Assembly (NCBI GenBank): GCA_043825875.1
Contig: JBDRRF010000012.1
Span: 1 to 32,649, forward strand
Length of the DNA: 32,649 nucleotides
Source: Pseudomonadota bacterium
GTDB taxonomy: Bacteria > Desulfobacterota > Desulfobacteria > Desulfobacterales > RPRI01
Reading direction: 5' to 3'
Below the pieces are notes generated by a model. The model had not been told where the DNA came from. It worked only from the letters and a program-made list of their open reading frames with translations, and made no database searches. Position 1 is the stretch's first letter, and every line of letters begins with the position of its first letter. Shown here in pieces: positions 1 to 11,005 of this stretch. Both the position numbers and the translations under genes were made by a program.

Positions 1-137
1 CAACCATGTCAAGCATTATTTTCTATTTTCAGTCACTACATTGGCTTTTCGACAAACCGCATACTATAATATCAAATAGTTAGATAGTTATGACCGCCAA
101 ATATAATAGATTTTTGCCTGTTTTTGTCGAACTTGGG
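1..137 (-). mobile_element. Possible terminal region of an insertion sequence (IS1634/IS4-like) extending left of the window
   Basis: Minus strand begins CCCAAGTTCGACAAAAA (from 137) and carries TGTAGTGAC (32-40) and an inward-facing TTGACA (7-12). Internal inverted repeat TTCGACAAA (48-56)/TTTGTCGAA (123-131). Resemblance to IS1634-type ends is from recall; no transposase is in the window. Confidence 0.4.
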
Positions 138-500
138 TTAATTCTTCAGATGGTTGTACGATTTTCTTTACCGGCCCTTTTACGGTTCTGCCATTGTAAA
201 GATGTGAGTGTTCCCATTCACGTTGTATAACTTTTGGTATGTCTGGCACAGGTGATGAGCTGGTTTCAATAAGTTATTTCATTTAAGTAATATATATCGT
301 AATAACAAATCATTATATGGCTTAAGAGTATAAAAAAGAAGCCATCATGGCAGATTCCGTTTCATAAATGATATGCAATGGCCATGGATTTGCTGGAAAC
401 ATGCCTTGACTTTAGGTTTATTTTACCTGATAAGAAATTTGTAAAGGCTGGCTTAAAGATATTACATTTTTAATTATTTATTGCTGGAGATTACCTTCCC

Positions 501-941
501 ATGAATTCTATATTGAAATATTGCATAATATTAGGAAGCTTACTTGTTTTTTCCCCTGTATTTGTTCAGGCCGAAACGCTGTTTTCCGATAATAAATCTC
601 AAACAGATATTTTACGTGCTGATAATGCCGAATTGAAAGCCGAACTTACAACTCTAAAACGTGAGTTGGCTGACAGTAAATATCTTCATGCTCTTTCAAA
701 AAGGACTTTGAAACAATTTAAAGATACTTCCGCCGAATATACCGAACTTGAAGCAAAATACAATGAAACTGCTGAAATTCTAACCAAACAAAATAAAAAA
801 GTTGGTGTGCTTGAAGATGAGGTGGCTAATCTTTTGCGCCAAAATAATATCATGTGGTTTTTTAGCGGAGTTGGTGTTTTTTTATTAGGTTTTTTAATAG
901 GATATAGCGCCAGGCGTGAAAAAAGAAAATCATTATTATAA
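501..941 (+). CDS. Exported/membrane-anchored coiled-coil protein resembling the TIGR04211 (YgiM-like SH3) family but apparently lacking the SH3 domain
   Basis: N-terminal signal peptide ending VQA-ET, central coiled coil, C-terminal TM WFFSGVGVFLLGFLIG and basic tail RREKRK. GGAG upstream. Confidence 0.65.
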   Translation: MNSILKYCIILGSLLVFSPVFVQAETLFSDNKSQTDILRADNAELKAELTTLKRELADSKYLHALSKRTLKQFKDTSAEYTELEAKYNETAEILTKQNKKVGVLEDEVANLLRQNNIMWFFSGVGVFLLGFLIGYSARREKRKSLL

Positions 942-1007
942 AGGTTTTTTTGGACTTTAGCCTTTAATCACAATATATAAAAACATATATATATAGAAAG
1001 TTAACTT

Positions 1008-2648
1008 TTGGATATAAAAACAGATTATTTAATAATCGGAAGTGGTGTTGCCGGGCTTACTTTTGCGTTAAAAGTAGCTGACTATAAAAAGGTTGCCATT
1101 GTAACAAAAAAAGAAATTATGGACAGCAACTCAGCGCTTGCACAGGGAGGAATAGCGTCGGTATTCGGTACGCTAGATTCTTTCGACCTTCACATTCAGG
1201 ATACCCTTGATTCAGGAGATGGCCTTTGCAACAGAGAGGTTGTTGAAATGGTCATTAAAAACGGGCCTGAACGGATATGCGAGTTAATTGACCTTGGGGT
1301 TCAGTTTAATCTCAACAATAAAGGGGCTTCCGAAAACATAGCGACTGAACTTGATCTTGGCCGCGAAGGCGGGCATTCACAAAAACGTATTGTGCATGCA
1401 AAAGATATGACGGGCATAGAGATAGAAAGAGTTCTGGTTGAACATGTTAAAAACCATAAGAATATTATTCTGTTTGAAGATCACATTGCAATTGATCTTG
1501 TCACATGTTCAACACGTATGAAAAGAGGTCTTGTTACAACAACCCACGAAGATTATTGTTGCGGAGCCTATGTTCTTGACACGAAAAAGAATAAAGTTAA
1601 AACATTTTCCTCAAAGAAGACTGTTCTTGCTACCGGCGGGACAGGAAAGGTTTACCTTTATACCAGTAATCCTGATGTCGCAACCGGTGATGGAATTGCT
1701 ATGGCATACAGGGCAGGTGCAACTCTTGCTAATCTTGAATTCGTTCAATTTCATCCTACTTGTCTTTATCATCCTGATGCCAAGAATTTTCTTATTTCAG
1801 AAGCCGTAAGAGGCGAGGGAGGAATTTTGCTAAATTCTTCGGGTATGCCTTTTATGCAAAAATACAGTCCATTAAAAGATCTTGCCTGCAGAGATGTGGT
1901 AGCGCGCGCAATAGACACGGAACTGAAAAAAAGCGGAGAAGACTCGGTATTTCTTGATATATCCCATAAAAGTTCAGGGTTTGTAAAAGATCGCTTTCCT
2001 AATCTTTATGAAAAATGTCTGATGTTCGGAATTGATATGACCGCTGAACCTATTCCTGTTGTTCCGGCAGCCCATTACATGTGCGGAGGTGTTGTAACTG
2101 ATATGTTCGGAAGAACCGATATTCACAACCTGTATGCGATTGGCGAAACGGCTTGCACCGGGCTTCATGGCGCAAACAGGCTTGCTAGCAATTCTTTGCT
2201 TGAAGCACTTGTATATGCACAAGCAGCCGCAGGAGAGTCTTTAAAAGTAATCAATTCGCCCGAATTTAAAACTTTTCCTGACAGCCCTGAATGGGATGAA
2301 GTTGGTACAACAGATAGTGATGAACTTATCATGGTTACACAAAACTGGGATGAAATCAGAAGATGCATGTGGAATTATGTAGGAATAGTGCGTTCAGATA
2401 AACGTCTTGCCAGAGCAAAGAGACGCATAGAAATTATTCAAAATGAAATCAGTGAATACTACTGGAATTTTAAAATCAGTGCAGATCTTGTAGAACTTAG
2501 AAATATTGCGACTGTAGCCGAGCTTATAATAAAGTGCGCCATGCACAGAAAAGAAAGCCGGGGTCTTCACTATACCCTGGAATATCCGGATCGTGATGAT
2601 TCGAGATGGCAGAAAGATACCATCATCAGACGTCAATTTCTGAATTAA
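1008..2648 (+). CDS. nadB: L-aspartate oxidase
   Basis: FAD-binding GSGVAG, AQGGIA, REGGHS, QFHPT, SEAVRGEG, HYMCGG, GLHGANRLASNSLLE, ESRGLHY. 546 aa, TTG start. Confidence 0.96.
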   Translation: MDIKTDYLIIGSGVAGLTFALKVADYKKVAIVTKKEIMDSNSALAQGGIASVFGTLDSFDLHIQDTLDSGDGLCNREVVEMVIKNGPERICELIDLGVQFNLNNKGASENIATELDLGREGGHSQKRIVHAKDMTGIEIERVLVEHVKNHKNIILFEDHIAIDLVTCSTRMKRGLVTTTHEDYCCGAYVLDTKKNKVKTFSSKKTVLATGGTGKVYLYTSNPDVATGDGIAMAYRAGATLANLEFVQFHPTCLYHPDAKNFLISEAVRGEGGILLNSSGMPFMQKYSPLKDLACRDVVARAIDTELKKSGEDSVFLDISHKSSGFVKDRFPNLYEKCLMFGIDMTAEPIPVVPAAHYMCGGVVTDMFGRTDIHNLYAIGETACTGLHGANRLASNSLLEALVYAQAAAGESLKVINSPEFKTFPDSPEWDEVGTTDSDELIMVTQNWDEIRRCMWNYVGIVRSDKRLARAKRRIEIIQNEISEYYWNFKISADLVELRNIATVAELIIKCAMHRKESRGLHYTLEYPDRDDSRWQKDTIIRRQFLN

Positions 2649-2718
2649 TTCCTATTACTCCGGAATCCAAACAATTCCAACTCGAATCTATAGATTTTAA
2701 AACAAGGTTTTAAAACAA

Positions 2719-2759
2719 AAATTCCGCTGCAAGCTAAAAATAAGCATACAGCGGAATTT
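2719..2759. terminator. Probable intrinsic terminator between convergent nadB and dnaK
   Basis: Inverted repeat AAATTCCGCTG (2719-2729)/CAGCGGAATTT (2749-2759). The upstream A-run gives a U-tract on the minus (dnaK) strand. Confidence 0.7.
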
Positions 2760-2781
2760 CAATTAGTATATTTAATAGGGT

Positions 2782-4716
2782 TTATTTTTTGTCGTCTTTT
2801 ACTTCTTCAAAATCCGCATCCACAACATCTTCTTCACCTTTTGCCTGTCCCTCATGTGAAGGGCCGCTGTCTCCGGCTGCCTGCTCTTCGCCGGCCTGAC
2901 CTTGCTGTTGAGAAGCCTCCTTATACATAGCTTCCGCAAGTGTGTGTGATGCCTGGGTCAATTCTTCAGTCATTTTATTGATTTCGGAAATGTCTTCACC
3001 CTCTATAGCTTTTCTGAGTCGGCCAATGGCATCGTCAACACTGGTTTTTGTTGACGCATCTACTTTATCTCCCAGATCCTTTATGGATTTTTCGGTTGAA
3101 TAAATCAGTGCATCGGCATTGTTTCTGGCTTCAACAAGCTCTTTTTTCTTCTTGTCATCTTCGGCATGAAGCTCTGCATCTTTGATAAGTTTGTCTATCT
3201 CTTCCTTTGATAATCCGCTTGAAGCTGTAATCTGAATAGACTGTTCTTTGCTTGTAGCCATGTCCTTTGCCGAAACATTTACTATTCCGTTTGCGTCTAT
3301 ATCGAATGTAACTTCAATCTGCGGCACACCTCTGGGAGCCGGTGGTATTCCAACAAGCTCAAAACGCCCCAGAGTTTTGTTGCCGGCGGCCATTTCTCTT
3401 TCTCCCTGCAGAACATGGATAGACACTGCTGGCTGACTATCGGCGGCTGTTGAAAATGTCTGGCTTTTTTTCGTGGGGATCGTTGTGTTTTTTTCAATAA
3501 GCCTGGTCATAACACCGCCCAAGGTCTCAATACCCAGAGATAAAGGTGTTACATCCAGAAGAAGTACGTCTTTCACATCCCCCTTAAGGACACCACCCTG
3601 TATGGCAGCTCCTATGGCAACAACCTCATCGGGATTAACGCCTCTGTGAGGCTCTCTCCCGAATAATTTCTTTACACGCTCCTGAACAGACGGCATACGA
3701 GTCATGCCACCAACCAGAATAACCTCATCAATCTGATTGGCTGAAAGGCCAGCATCCTTCATGGCAACCTTGCAGGGTTCTTCCAGTTTATCAAGAAGAT
3801 CTGCAACAAGACTTTCCATTTTAGCCCTTGTCATTTTCAGGTTAAGATGTTTGGGCCCGCTGGCATCAGCTGTAATAAACGGAAGATTAACATCGGTTTC
3901 CATAGATGTTGAAAGCTCCATCTTTGCTTTTTCAGCAGCTTCTTTAAGTCGTTGCAACGCCATCTTGTCACTTCTAATATCAATGCCGGATTCTTTTCTG
4001 AATTCAGCGGCAAAATAATCTATTAGCCTTAAATCAAAATCTTCACCACCAAGATGAGTGTCACCGTTTGTGGCTTTCACTTCAAAAACGCCATCCCCGA
4101 TTTCAAGGACAGATACGTCAAAAGTGCCGCCGCCAAGATCAAATACGGCTATTTTCTCCTCTTTTTTCTTGTCAAGACCGTAAGCAAGAGATGCGGCAGT
4201 AGGTTCGTTTATAATTCTTAAAACATTCAGGCCTGCTATCTTTCCTGCATCTTTGGTTGCCTGCCTCTGGCTGTCGTTAAAATAAGCAGGAACAGTAACA
4301 ATAGCATCAGTTACTTTTTCTCCAAGATAATCTTCAGCGGTTTTTTTAATATTCGCGAGTATGTATGAAGATATTTCAGCAGGGCTTAAAGGTTTACCCT
4401 GAAGATCTATGCTCACATCTCCGTTACTAGCCTGCTTGATTTTATACGGTAGTATCTTAGCGTCTCTTTGAACCTCAGCAGAGCTAAATTTGCGGCCAAT
4501 CAGCCGTTTTACCGCATAGACCGTATTCTCCGGATTTGTTATTGCCTGCCTTTTTGCTATCTGGCCGACAAGCCTTTCACCACTGCTGGATATAGCAACA
4601 ATAGATGGTGTAGTTCTACCTCCTTCGGCATTTGTTATTACTTTAGCTTCTCCACCCTCCATAATTGCTACACATGAATTTGTGGTGCCTAAATCAATAC
4701 CAATTATCTTGCCCAT
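2782..4716 (-). CDS. dnaK: Molecular chaperone DnaK (Hsp70)
   Basis: [44 protein letters not shown]-terminal DADFEEV. GGAGG RBS. Confidence 0.99.
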   Translation of the reverse strand: MGKIIGIDLGTTNSCVAIMEGGEAKVITNAEGGRTTPSIVAISSSGERLVGQIAKRQAITNPENTVYAVKRLIGRKFSSAEVQRDAKILPYKIKQASNGDVSIDLQGKPLSPAEISSYILANIKKTAEDYLGEKVTDAIVTVPAYFNDSQRQATKDAGKIAGLNVLRIINEPTAASLAYGLDKKKEEKIAVFDLGGGTFDVSVLEIGDGVFEVKATNGDTHLGGEDFDLRLIDYFAAEFRKESGIDIRSDKMALQRLKEAAEKAKMELSTSMETDVNLPFITADASGPKHLNLKMTRAKMESLVADLLDKLEEPCKVAMKDAGLSANQIDEVILVGGMTRMPSVQERVKKLFGREPHRGVNPDEVVAIGAAIQGGVLKGDVKDVLLLDVTPLSLGIETLGGVMTRLIEKNTTIPTKKSQTFSTAADSQPAVSIHVLQGEREMAAGNKTLGRFELVGIPPAPRGVPQIEVTFDIDANGIVNVSAKDMATSKEQSIQITASSGLSKEEIDKLIKDAELHAEDDKKKKELVEARNNADALIYSTEKSIKDLGDKVDASTKTSVDDAIGRLRKAIEGEDISEINKMTEELTQASHTLAEAMYKEASQQQGQAGEEQAAGDSGPSHEGQAKGEEDVVDADFEEVKDDKK

Positions 4717-4770
4717 ATTATATCCTCCTTGGACGTTTAATCATTATATATTTAAACATTATTGTTGTTT

Positions 4771-5370
4771 TTAGTTATTATTATCGGTTTTTCCTTTGGA
4801 TACTATAACCATGGAAGGCCTGAGCAGCCTGTCATGAATCATATATCCTTTCTGAAATTCAGATATTACAGTATTGTCGGGATGTTCCTGACTTTCTTCC
4901 TGCATCATAGCCTGATGGAAATTCGGATCAAAAGGTTTGCACAAAGATTCTATGGGTTTTACTCCATAATTTTCAAAAACCTTTTTAAACTCATTTAGTG
5001 TCATGTTAATTCCATCCACAATGCAACTGTTTACTTTCTCATCTGTTGGTGTTGAACTTATCGCCCGTTCCAGATTATCTACCACACATAGTAATTCACT
5101 TAAAATGCTTTCATTAGCATATTTTCTAAATTCGCTCATTTCACGCGAACTCCGTTTCTTATAGTTTTCAAAATCGGCGGAAACCCTTAAAAAACGTTCA
5201 TATGATTGTTTTGCTTCAAGCTCGGCAGTCTTAAGCTTTTCCTCCAGCGGATCAGAAACTGTTGTTTTTATATCATTTTCTGTAACATTTTCCGTTTCAT
5301 TATTATCAGGCATCTCTTCGTCTGAACTATCGCCGTCAATAGAAATATTGATTTTCTTTTTGTTAGTCAT
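4771..5370 (-). CDS. grpE: Nucleotide exchange factor GrpE
   Basis: ADFENYKKR, VVDNLERA, FDPNFHQA, QKGYMIHDRLLRPSMV. Directly upstream of dnaK. Confidence 0.97.
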   Translation of the reverse strand: MTNKKKINISIDGDSSDEEMPDNNETENVTENDIKTTVSDPLEEKLKTAELEAKQSYERFLRVSADFENYKKRSSREMSEFRKYANESILSELLCVVDNLERAISSTPTDEKVNSCIVDGINMTLNEFKKVFENYGVKPIESLCKPFDPNFHQAMMQEESQEHPDNTVISEFQKGYMIHDRLLRPSMVIVSKGKTDNNN

Positions 5371-5463
5371 TTCTAAACCTTCTCGCTCCGGGCATGTTAA
5401 TCAATATATTCCTTTTATTTGTTGTCCATATCAAAATATGTTGAAAAGTTAATCATCAAATGA

Positions 5464-5491
5464 AAAATAAGACTATTTAAAGCAATGTCAA
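5464..5491 (-). promoter_or_regulatory. Candidate grpE-dnaK promoter, TTGACA-N15-TTATTTT
   Basis: Minus strand TTGACAttgctttaaatagtcTTATTTT. The same motif and spacing occur upstream of clpB. Confidence 0.55.
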
Positions 5492-5565
5492 GGACTAATT
5501 ATTGCATTTTATACGACAAAAGAGGGTAAGTTTTATGTTGGGACAAATTTGAAGAACTTTCTAAT

Positions 5566-5640
5566 TTTGCTTAAATCCAAGGAAGGGGATAATTTCAACA
5601 GCAGGAAAATGTTGAATATTTAAAGCATAGGTTGGCCGAA
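5566..5640 (+). repeat. Decayed, internally deleted copy of the 142-bp MITE-like repeat
   Basis: By hand alignment, 5566-5621 matches the interior of the 27751 copy at 41/56 nt ungapped. After a 21-nt deletion, 5622-5640 matches at 14/19 nt. Confidence 0.6.
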
Positions 5641-5672
5641 TGCTCTCTGCTATTAATTTAAGAAGCTTGTTA

Positions 5673-5771
5673 GTTGCCGGGATCAACTGCGACACAAACC
5701 GCATTACTTATCGCTGCTTCCTTCCAGACCTGACGAGGTTCGTAACCGTTTGTTGCGCAGTGTCCGGCAAC
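5673..5771 (-). ncRNA. ffs: Signal recognition particle RNA (small bacterial 4.5S type)
   Basis: Minus strand contains the conserved domain IV motif GTCAGGTCTGGAAGGAAGCAGC within a long hairpin closed by GTTGCCGG/CCGGCAAC. Mature ends approximate. Confidence 0.93.
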
Positions 5772-5962
5772 TAACAAGCTTCTCAAATTAAATAACTGCT
5801 ATTTGCAGCAATGCATTTTTTTCAGCATATACTCTTTATATGGTTTTTTTCAAGCAAAAGTTTATCAATAAAAAGAATTATTGCTAAAATCGATCAATTA
5901 TGATGAACTTATAAAAAGTTCATATAGTTTGATAGATATGGGTACAGATAAAATTATAAATT

Positions 5963-7435
5963 ATGCGCAGTTTTATAAATGATTCAGGCAACTGTTTAAT
6001 ACGGAAAGTAAAAAAGACTGTTTCCGAATACAATATGATTCAAAAAAAGGATTGTGTGCTTGTCGGGGTTTCCGGTGGTGCTGATTCTGTAGCTCTGGTT
6101 CATATTTTAAATGAAATTACTTCACTATTTTCAATAACGCTTGGCATAGCCCACCTAAATCATTCTCTTAGGGGAAATGAATCTGATGATGATGCCAGCT
6201 TTGTCATTTCTTTATCAGAAAAGCTACATCTGCCCTGTTTCATTGAAAAAAAAGATGTATTTAAATACAAGACAGAAAACGGGCTTTCGGTTGAAGAAGC
6301 CGGAAGGCTAATGCGGTATGCCTTTTTTGAAGATATTGCAAAAAGAGAGGGTTTTAACAAAATTGCCCTGGGGCATACAGCAAATGATAATGCAGAACTT
6401 GTATTAATGTACATGCTACGCGGAAGCGGTCCTTTGGGTATTTCGGGCATACCTCCTGTGAGGGGTGGTCTGAAAAATAATTTATTGGTTATTCGGCCTC
6501 TTATAAAAACACTTAGATCGGAAATTGAAGAGTATCTTTCGGCCAAATACCTTTCACATGTTGTTGATCAATCCAACATGGATGAAAAATATTTACGAAA
6601 CAAAATCCGTCATAATCTTATTCCGCTTTTAAGGGATGATTATAATCCCAAAATAGTAGAAACTTTAAACAGACTTGCTTCAATAGTACGTTCTGAAAAC
6701 GAATGGATAGAAAGTAATCTTGCTGCTGATTTTAACACATTAAACCTAAAGGAAGAAACAAACAGTATCGTATTTTCCGTTTCAGGCATAAAAAATCTTC
6801 ATCAGGCTGCGAAAAAAAGAATAATCAGAATGGCAATTTCAAAAATAAAAGGCAATTTGAGACGCATTACTCTTGCACATTTAGAGCTTTTGTCAGCCCA
6901 GCTTGATAGCGATTCGGATAAATGGAGCCTTGACCTTCCAGATCGCATAAGGGTTTCAAGAATCGGGGAAAGGCTTGTTATCACAAAAGAGAAAAGACCG
7001 TTGCGCAATATTTCTCTCAAGCATGCCGATAAAGAACAGACAGTTTATAATTATGTAATCAATAAGCCCGAATGTATAATTGCCAAAAAAGAGGGCTTTA
7101 AAATACAATTTTCCGAGATAAAAGATAAAAATCTTGAAAATATTTTCAACTCAGAGCCGGGCCTAGCTTTTTTTGATATGGACAAAATATGCTTTCCTTT
7201 AGTATTAAGAAATTATCTGCCCGGAGATCGTTTTACTCCCCTTGGAATGTCCGGCTCACAAAAGGTGGCAAGGTATTTGATAAATAAAAAAATAGCAGCG
7301 GAAAGTCGCATAAAAGTTCCTGTGATACTAAGTAATAATAAAATAATCTGGTTGGCGGGGCATATTATTGATGATTTAGTTAAAGTAACTCCAAATACCG
7401 GAAAAATACTTAAAGCGGAACTTTTGCTTGCCTAA
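5963..7435 (+). CDS. tilS: tRNA(Ile)-lysidine synthetase
   Basis: PP-loop SGGADS, HLNHSLRG, GHTANDNAE, IRPL, RNKIRH and a TilS C-terminal domain. Upstream of ftsH. Confidence 0.96.
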   Translation: MRSFINDSGNCLIRKVKKTVSEYNMIQKKDCVLVGVSGGADSVALVHILNEITSLFSITLGIAHLNHSLRGNESDDDASFVISLSEKLHLPCFIEKKDVFKYKTENGLSVEEAGRLMRYAFFEDIAKREGFNKIALGHTANDNAELVLMYMLRGSGPLGISGIPPVRGGLKNNLLVIRPLIKTLRSEIEEYLSAKYLSHVVDQSNMDEKYLRNKIRHNLIPLLRDDYNPKIVETLNRLASIVRSENEWIESNLAADFNTLNLKEETNSIVFSVSGIKNLHQAAKKRIIRMAISKIKGNLRRITLAHLELLSAQLDSDSDKWSLDLPDRIRVSRIGERLVITKEKRPLRNISLKHADKEQTVYNYVINKPECIIAKKEGFKIQFSEIKDKNLENIFNSEPGLAFFDMDKICFPLVLRNYLPGDRFTPLGMSGSQKVARYLINKKIAAESRIKVPVILSNNKIIWLAGHIIDDLVKVTPNTGKILKAELLLA

Positions 7436-7491
7436 TATCCAATTATGATTATTATTGATGTAAAAATAATATTGTACGGAGGTTAAATATA

Positions 7492-9339
7492 TTGAATCCA
7501 TTTTATAAGAACCTGGCTTTATGGATAGTCATTTCTCTGATGGTTGTTATGTTGATCAGCCTTTTCAATCAACGCCAACTTGGGGAAAACAGCTTAATTT
7601 ATTCCAAATTTATTGCTATGGCTGAAAATGAACAAATCAGGGAAGTTACTATACAGGGCCAGGATCTTTATGTTATTGATACAAATAATAATAAATATAA
7701 GGTTTATGCTCCACTAGATAGTGACCTCATTAAAATTTTAAGGGAAAAAGGCGTATCAATAACAGCCAAACCCCCCGCCGATAATCCCTGGTATATGTCT
7801 CTTCTAGTTTCCTGGCTCCCGATGATAATTCTTATCGGAGTATGGATATTCTTTATGCGTCAAATGCAGTCCGGTGGTGGAAAAGCCATGTCTTTCGGCA
7901 AAAGCCGAGCGCGACTTATGTCTGATACATCAGAAAAAGTTACCTTCGAGGATGTTGCCGGGATAGAAGAAGCAAAAGAAGAGCTTAGCGAAATAGTGGA
8001 ATTTTTAAAGGAACCAAAAAAATATACCCGCCTTGGTGGTCGTATACCAAAAGGCGTGCTTCTTATGGGCCCTCCGGGTACAGGCAAAACACTTCTTGCG
8101 CGTGCTATTGCCGGAGAAGCCGGAGTTCCATTTTTCAGCATAAGCGGTTCTGATTTTGTGGAAATGTTTGTGGGTGTCGGGGCCTCCCGGGTAAGAGATC
8201 TTTTTATCCAGGGGAAAAAGAATGCACCGTGCATAATATTTATAGATGAAATAGATGCTGTGGGCAGACACCGCGGAGCAGGTCTTGGAGGAGGTCATGA
8301 TGAAAGAGAACAAACCTTAAACCAGCTTCTTGTTGAGATGGATGGTTTTGAATCCAATGAAGGTGTTATCCTTATTTCTGCTACAAACCGTCCTGATGTT
8401 CTTGACCCGGCGCTTTTAAGGCCAGGCCGTTTCGACCGTCAGGTTGTAGTATCTTTACCTGATATAAAGGGTCGTGAAAAAATACTTCAGGTACATATGA
8501 AAAAATCTCCTATTGCACCCGATGTAACTCCGATTATTCTTGCAAAGGGAACTCCGGGATTTTCCGGGGCAGATCTTGAAAACCTTGTTAATGAAGCGGC
8601 TTTGTATGCTGCAAAAAGAAACAAAGATAAGGTCGAAATGATTGACTTTGAAGATGCCAAAGACAAGGTTTATATGGGGCTTGAGAGAAAGTCAAAGGTC
8701 ATAAAAGATGAAGACAAGAAAACTACGGCATATCACGAAGGTGGCCATGCAATTGTGGCCCGACTCCTGCCAGACACTGATCAGATAAACAAGATAACAA
8801 TAATACCCAGAGGACGTGCTGCAGGCGCAACCTGGTTTCTTCCCGAAGAAAGAGATTTTAAATACAAAGACCAGCTTGAAAGCCAGCTTGCCATCGCTTT
8901 CGGAGGGCGCGCCGCAGAAGAGATTGTTTTCGGCCGATTAAGCACAGGTGCATCCAATGATATAAAGCAGGCAACCGAAATCGCACAACTGATGGTCCGT
9001 GCATGGGGAATGAGCGATGAAATAGGCCCACTCTCTTATGCAAAAAATGAAGAGCAAATATTTCTCGGACGTGAAATTTCCCAGCACAGAGATTATTCAG
9101 AGGAAACGGCAAGAAGAATTGATGCCGAAATAAGCAAACTTATAAAAAAATCATATTCGACAGCGAAACAAATCCTTAATGATCATATGGATATTCTGCA
9201 CAAGCTTGCTGAAATACTGATTGAAAAAGAAACGGTTATGGGAAAGGAACTGGATGAGCTTATTATTTCCATGAAACCGGGTGTTATTCTGTCTTCCTAC
9301 GATTCAGAGGAAGATAGTAACAAACCGCCTGATGCATAA
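7492..9339 (+). CDS. ftsH: ATP-dependent zinc metalloprotease FtsH
   Basis: Two N-terminal TMs, Walker [28 protein letters not shown], zinc motif HEGGH. TTG start with GGAGG RBS. Confidence 0.98.
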   Translation: MNPFYKNLALWIVISLMVVMLISLFNQRQLGENSLIYSKFIAMAENEQIREVTIQGQDLYVIDTNNNKYKVYAPLDSDLIKILREKGVSITAKPPADNPWYMSLLVSWLPMIILIGVWIFFMRQMQSGGGKAMSFGKSRARLMSDTSEKVTFEDVAGIEEAKEELSEIVEFLKEPKKYTRLGGRIPKGVLLMGPPGTGKTLLARAIAGEAGVPFFSISGSDFVEMFVGVGASRVRDLFIQGKKNAPCIIFIDEIDAVGRHRGAGLGGGHDEREQTLNQLLVEMDGFESNEGVILISATNRPDVLDPALLRPGRFDRQVVVSLPDIKGREKILQVHMKKSPIAPDVTPIILAKGTPGFSGADLENLVNEAALYAAKRNKDKVEMIDFEDAKDKVYMGLERKSKVIKDEDKKTTAYHEGGHAIVARLLPDTDQINKITIIPRGRAAGATWFLPEERDFKYKDQLESQLAIAFGGRAAEEIVFGRLSTGASNDIKQATEIAQLMVRAWGMSDEIGPLSYAKNEEQIFLGREISQHRDYSEETARRIDAEISKLIKKSYSTAKQILNDHMDILHKLAEILIEKETVMGKELDELIISMKPGVILSSYDSEEDSNKPPDA

Positions 9340-9348
9340 ATATTTACA

Positions 9349-10215
9349 ATGGCATCTTATAATATAGCCTGGGGCTCACACAGACTTACTCTGGGAAATA
9401 CCACCCGCATAATGGGTATAGTAAATATTACTCCGGATTCTTTTTCGGACGGCGGATTATTTTTCAACCCTGATTCAGCGATTGCTCATGGAGAAAAGCT
9501 TGCCCAACAAGGTGCCGATATTCTTGATATAGGCGGTGAATCCTCGCGTCCTTTCTCAGAACCTGTTTTGGAAAAAGAAGAAATCAGACGGGTTATTCCG
9601 GTTATAGAAAAGCTTGCAAAACGCATTTTGATTCCTATTTCCATTGATACTACCAAAGCTATTGTTGCCAAGCATGCTATTGATGCAGGCGCAAGTATTA
9701 TAAATGACATAAGCGCATTGCATTCCGATGAAAAACTCGCCGAAGTTGCAGCAAAACACGGGGTTCCTCTCATTCTGATGCATATGAAAGGAACGCCTGA
9801 AAACATGCAGCTTTCTCCTTGTTATGATAACCTTTTTGGAGAAATTAAAAATTATCTTAAAGATGCGGCAGAAAAAGCAGTAAATTACGGAGTAGATAAA
9901 TCAAAGATTATTATTGATCCGGGAATCGGTTTTGGCAAAACAATTGAACATAATCTTCTGCTTATAAAAAATCTGAGCGAATTAACAGAACTTAATTTTC
10001 CGATTCTTATAGGAGTTTCCCGAAAAGCTTTTATAAGAAATATTCTTAAAAACAAGACAAAGAACGAATTAAAGCCTCAAGATCCTGCTGTTGAGACCGG
10101 CACACAGGCAGCTATTGCTGCAGCTGTTTTGGCCGGAGCGCATATAGTAAGAGTGCATGATGTTGCAAGTACTGTTTCAACTGTAAGGATTATTGACGCA
10201 ATAAAAAAGGACTAA
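9349..10215 (+). CDS. folP: Dihydropteroate synthase
   Basis: MGIVNITPDSFSDGG, DIGGESSRP, DPGIGFGKT, SRK, VRVHDV. Confidence 0.97.
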   Translation: MASYNIAWGSHRLTLGNTTRIMGIVNITPDSFSDGGLFFNPDSAIAHGEKLAQQGADILDIGGESSRPFSEPVLEKEEIRRVIPVIEKLAKRILIPISIDTTKAIVAKHAIDAGASIINDISALHSDEKLAEVAAKHGVPLILMHMKGTPENMQLSPCYDNLFGEIKNYLKDAAEKAVNYGVDKSKIIIDPGIGFGKTIEHNLLLIKNLSELTELNFPILIGVSRKAFIRNILKNKTKNELKPQDPAVETGTQAAIAAAVLAGAHIVRVHDVASTVSTVRIIDAIKKD

Positions 10216-10220
10216 CTCTT

Positions 10221-10985
10221 ATGTTACTTGTAATCGATGTCGGGAATACAAACATTGTCATGGGAATTTATGACGGCGATAAACTTCTGAGGGACTGGCG
10301 TATCCGCACAGAACATAATACAACCGAAGATGAGTTTAATGTGCTTGCAAATGGCCTTTTTACAACAGGCGGTATAAATCCGGCAGATATCGAAAAAACA
10401 ATAATATCATCTGTTGTTCCGCCTCTTGTAATAATTCTGGATTCTTTCTGCCGTAAATATCTTGGCCATGCGCCTTACTGGGTGGATGCCAAATCCTACC
10501 CTGATATGCCGATTATGAGTGGCAACCCTTCCGAAGTCGGAGCCGACAGGATAGTAAATGCCGTAGGTGCATATGAAAGATATAAAACAAGCCTGATTAT
10601 TATTGATTTTGGAACAGCCACAACCTTTGATGCAATATCTGAAAAGGGGGAATACCTTGGAGGTTCAATAAGTCCTGGAATAATGATAGCAGCGGAAGCG
10701 CTTTTCCAAAAAGCCTCCAAACTGCCGCGGGTTGAAATATTTGTTCCTCCGGATAAAGTTATAGGCACAGATACTGCCAGCTGTATGAAATCAGGAATTA
10801 TTTTCGGCTATGCAGGACTTATTGATGGTGTGGTTACCAGAATGAAAGCCGAAATGGGAACAAATCCAAAGGTAATTGCTACAGGAGGTCTTGCACGTCT
10901 AATGTTTAATGTAGCAACAACTATAGAAGTCGTTGAACCCGGCCTTACGCTGGAAGGGTTAAGGATAATAAGTATGAGGATCTGA
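10221..10985 (+). CDS. coaX: Type III pantothenate kinase
   Basis: LVIDVGNTN, SSVVP, VGADR, IDFGTATTFD, YLGGSISPG, ATGG, LTLEGL. Confidence 0.95.
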   Translation: MLLVIDVGNTNIVMGIYDGDKLLRDWRIRTEHNTTEDEFNVLANGLFTTGGINPADIEKTIISSVVPPLVIILDSFCRKYLGHAPYWVDAKSYPDMPIMSGNPSEVGADRIVNAVGAYERYKTSLIIIDFGTATTFDAISEKGEYLGGSISPGIMIAAEALFQKASKLPRVEIFVPPDKVIGTDTASCMKSGIIFGYAGLIDGVVTRMKAEMGTNPKVIATGGLARLMFNVATTIEVVEPGLTLEGLRIISMRI

Positions 10986-11005
10986 AGAAAAGGCTTTTAC
11001 TTGAT

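Noticed and set aside
138..282. Short minus-strand reading frame fragment near the left edge
   Set aside because: Stop at the third codon after the ATG and no recognisable similarity.
2685..2715. Short palindromes AATCTATAGATT and TTTTAAAAC/GTTTTAAAA after nadB
   Set aside because: Low-complexity AT-rich sequence with no second occurrence supporting a function.
5901..5923. ATGAACTT-N5-AAGTTCAT upstream of tilS, also 15/20 similar to the left end of the 27899 element
   Set aside because: Short and AT-rich; operator, repeat remnant and chance cannot be distinguished.
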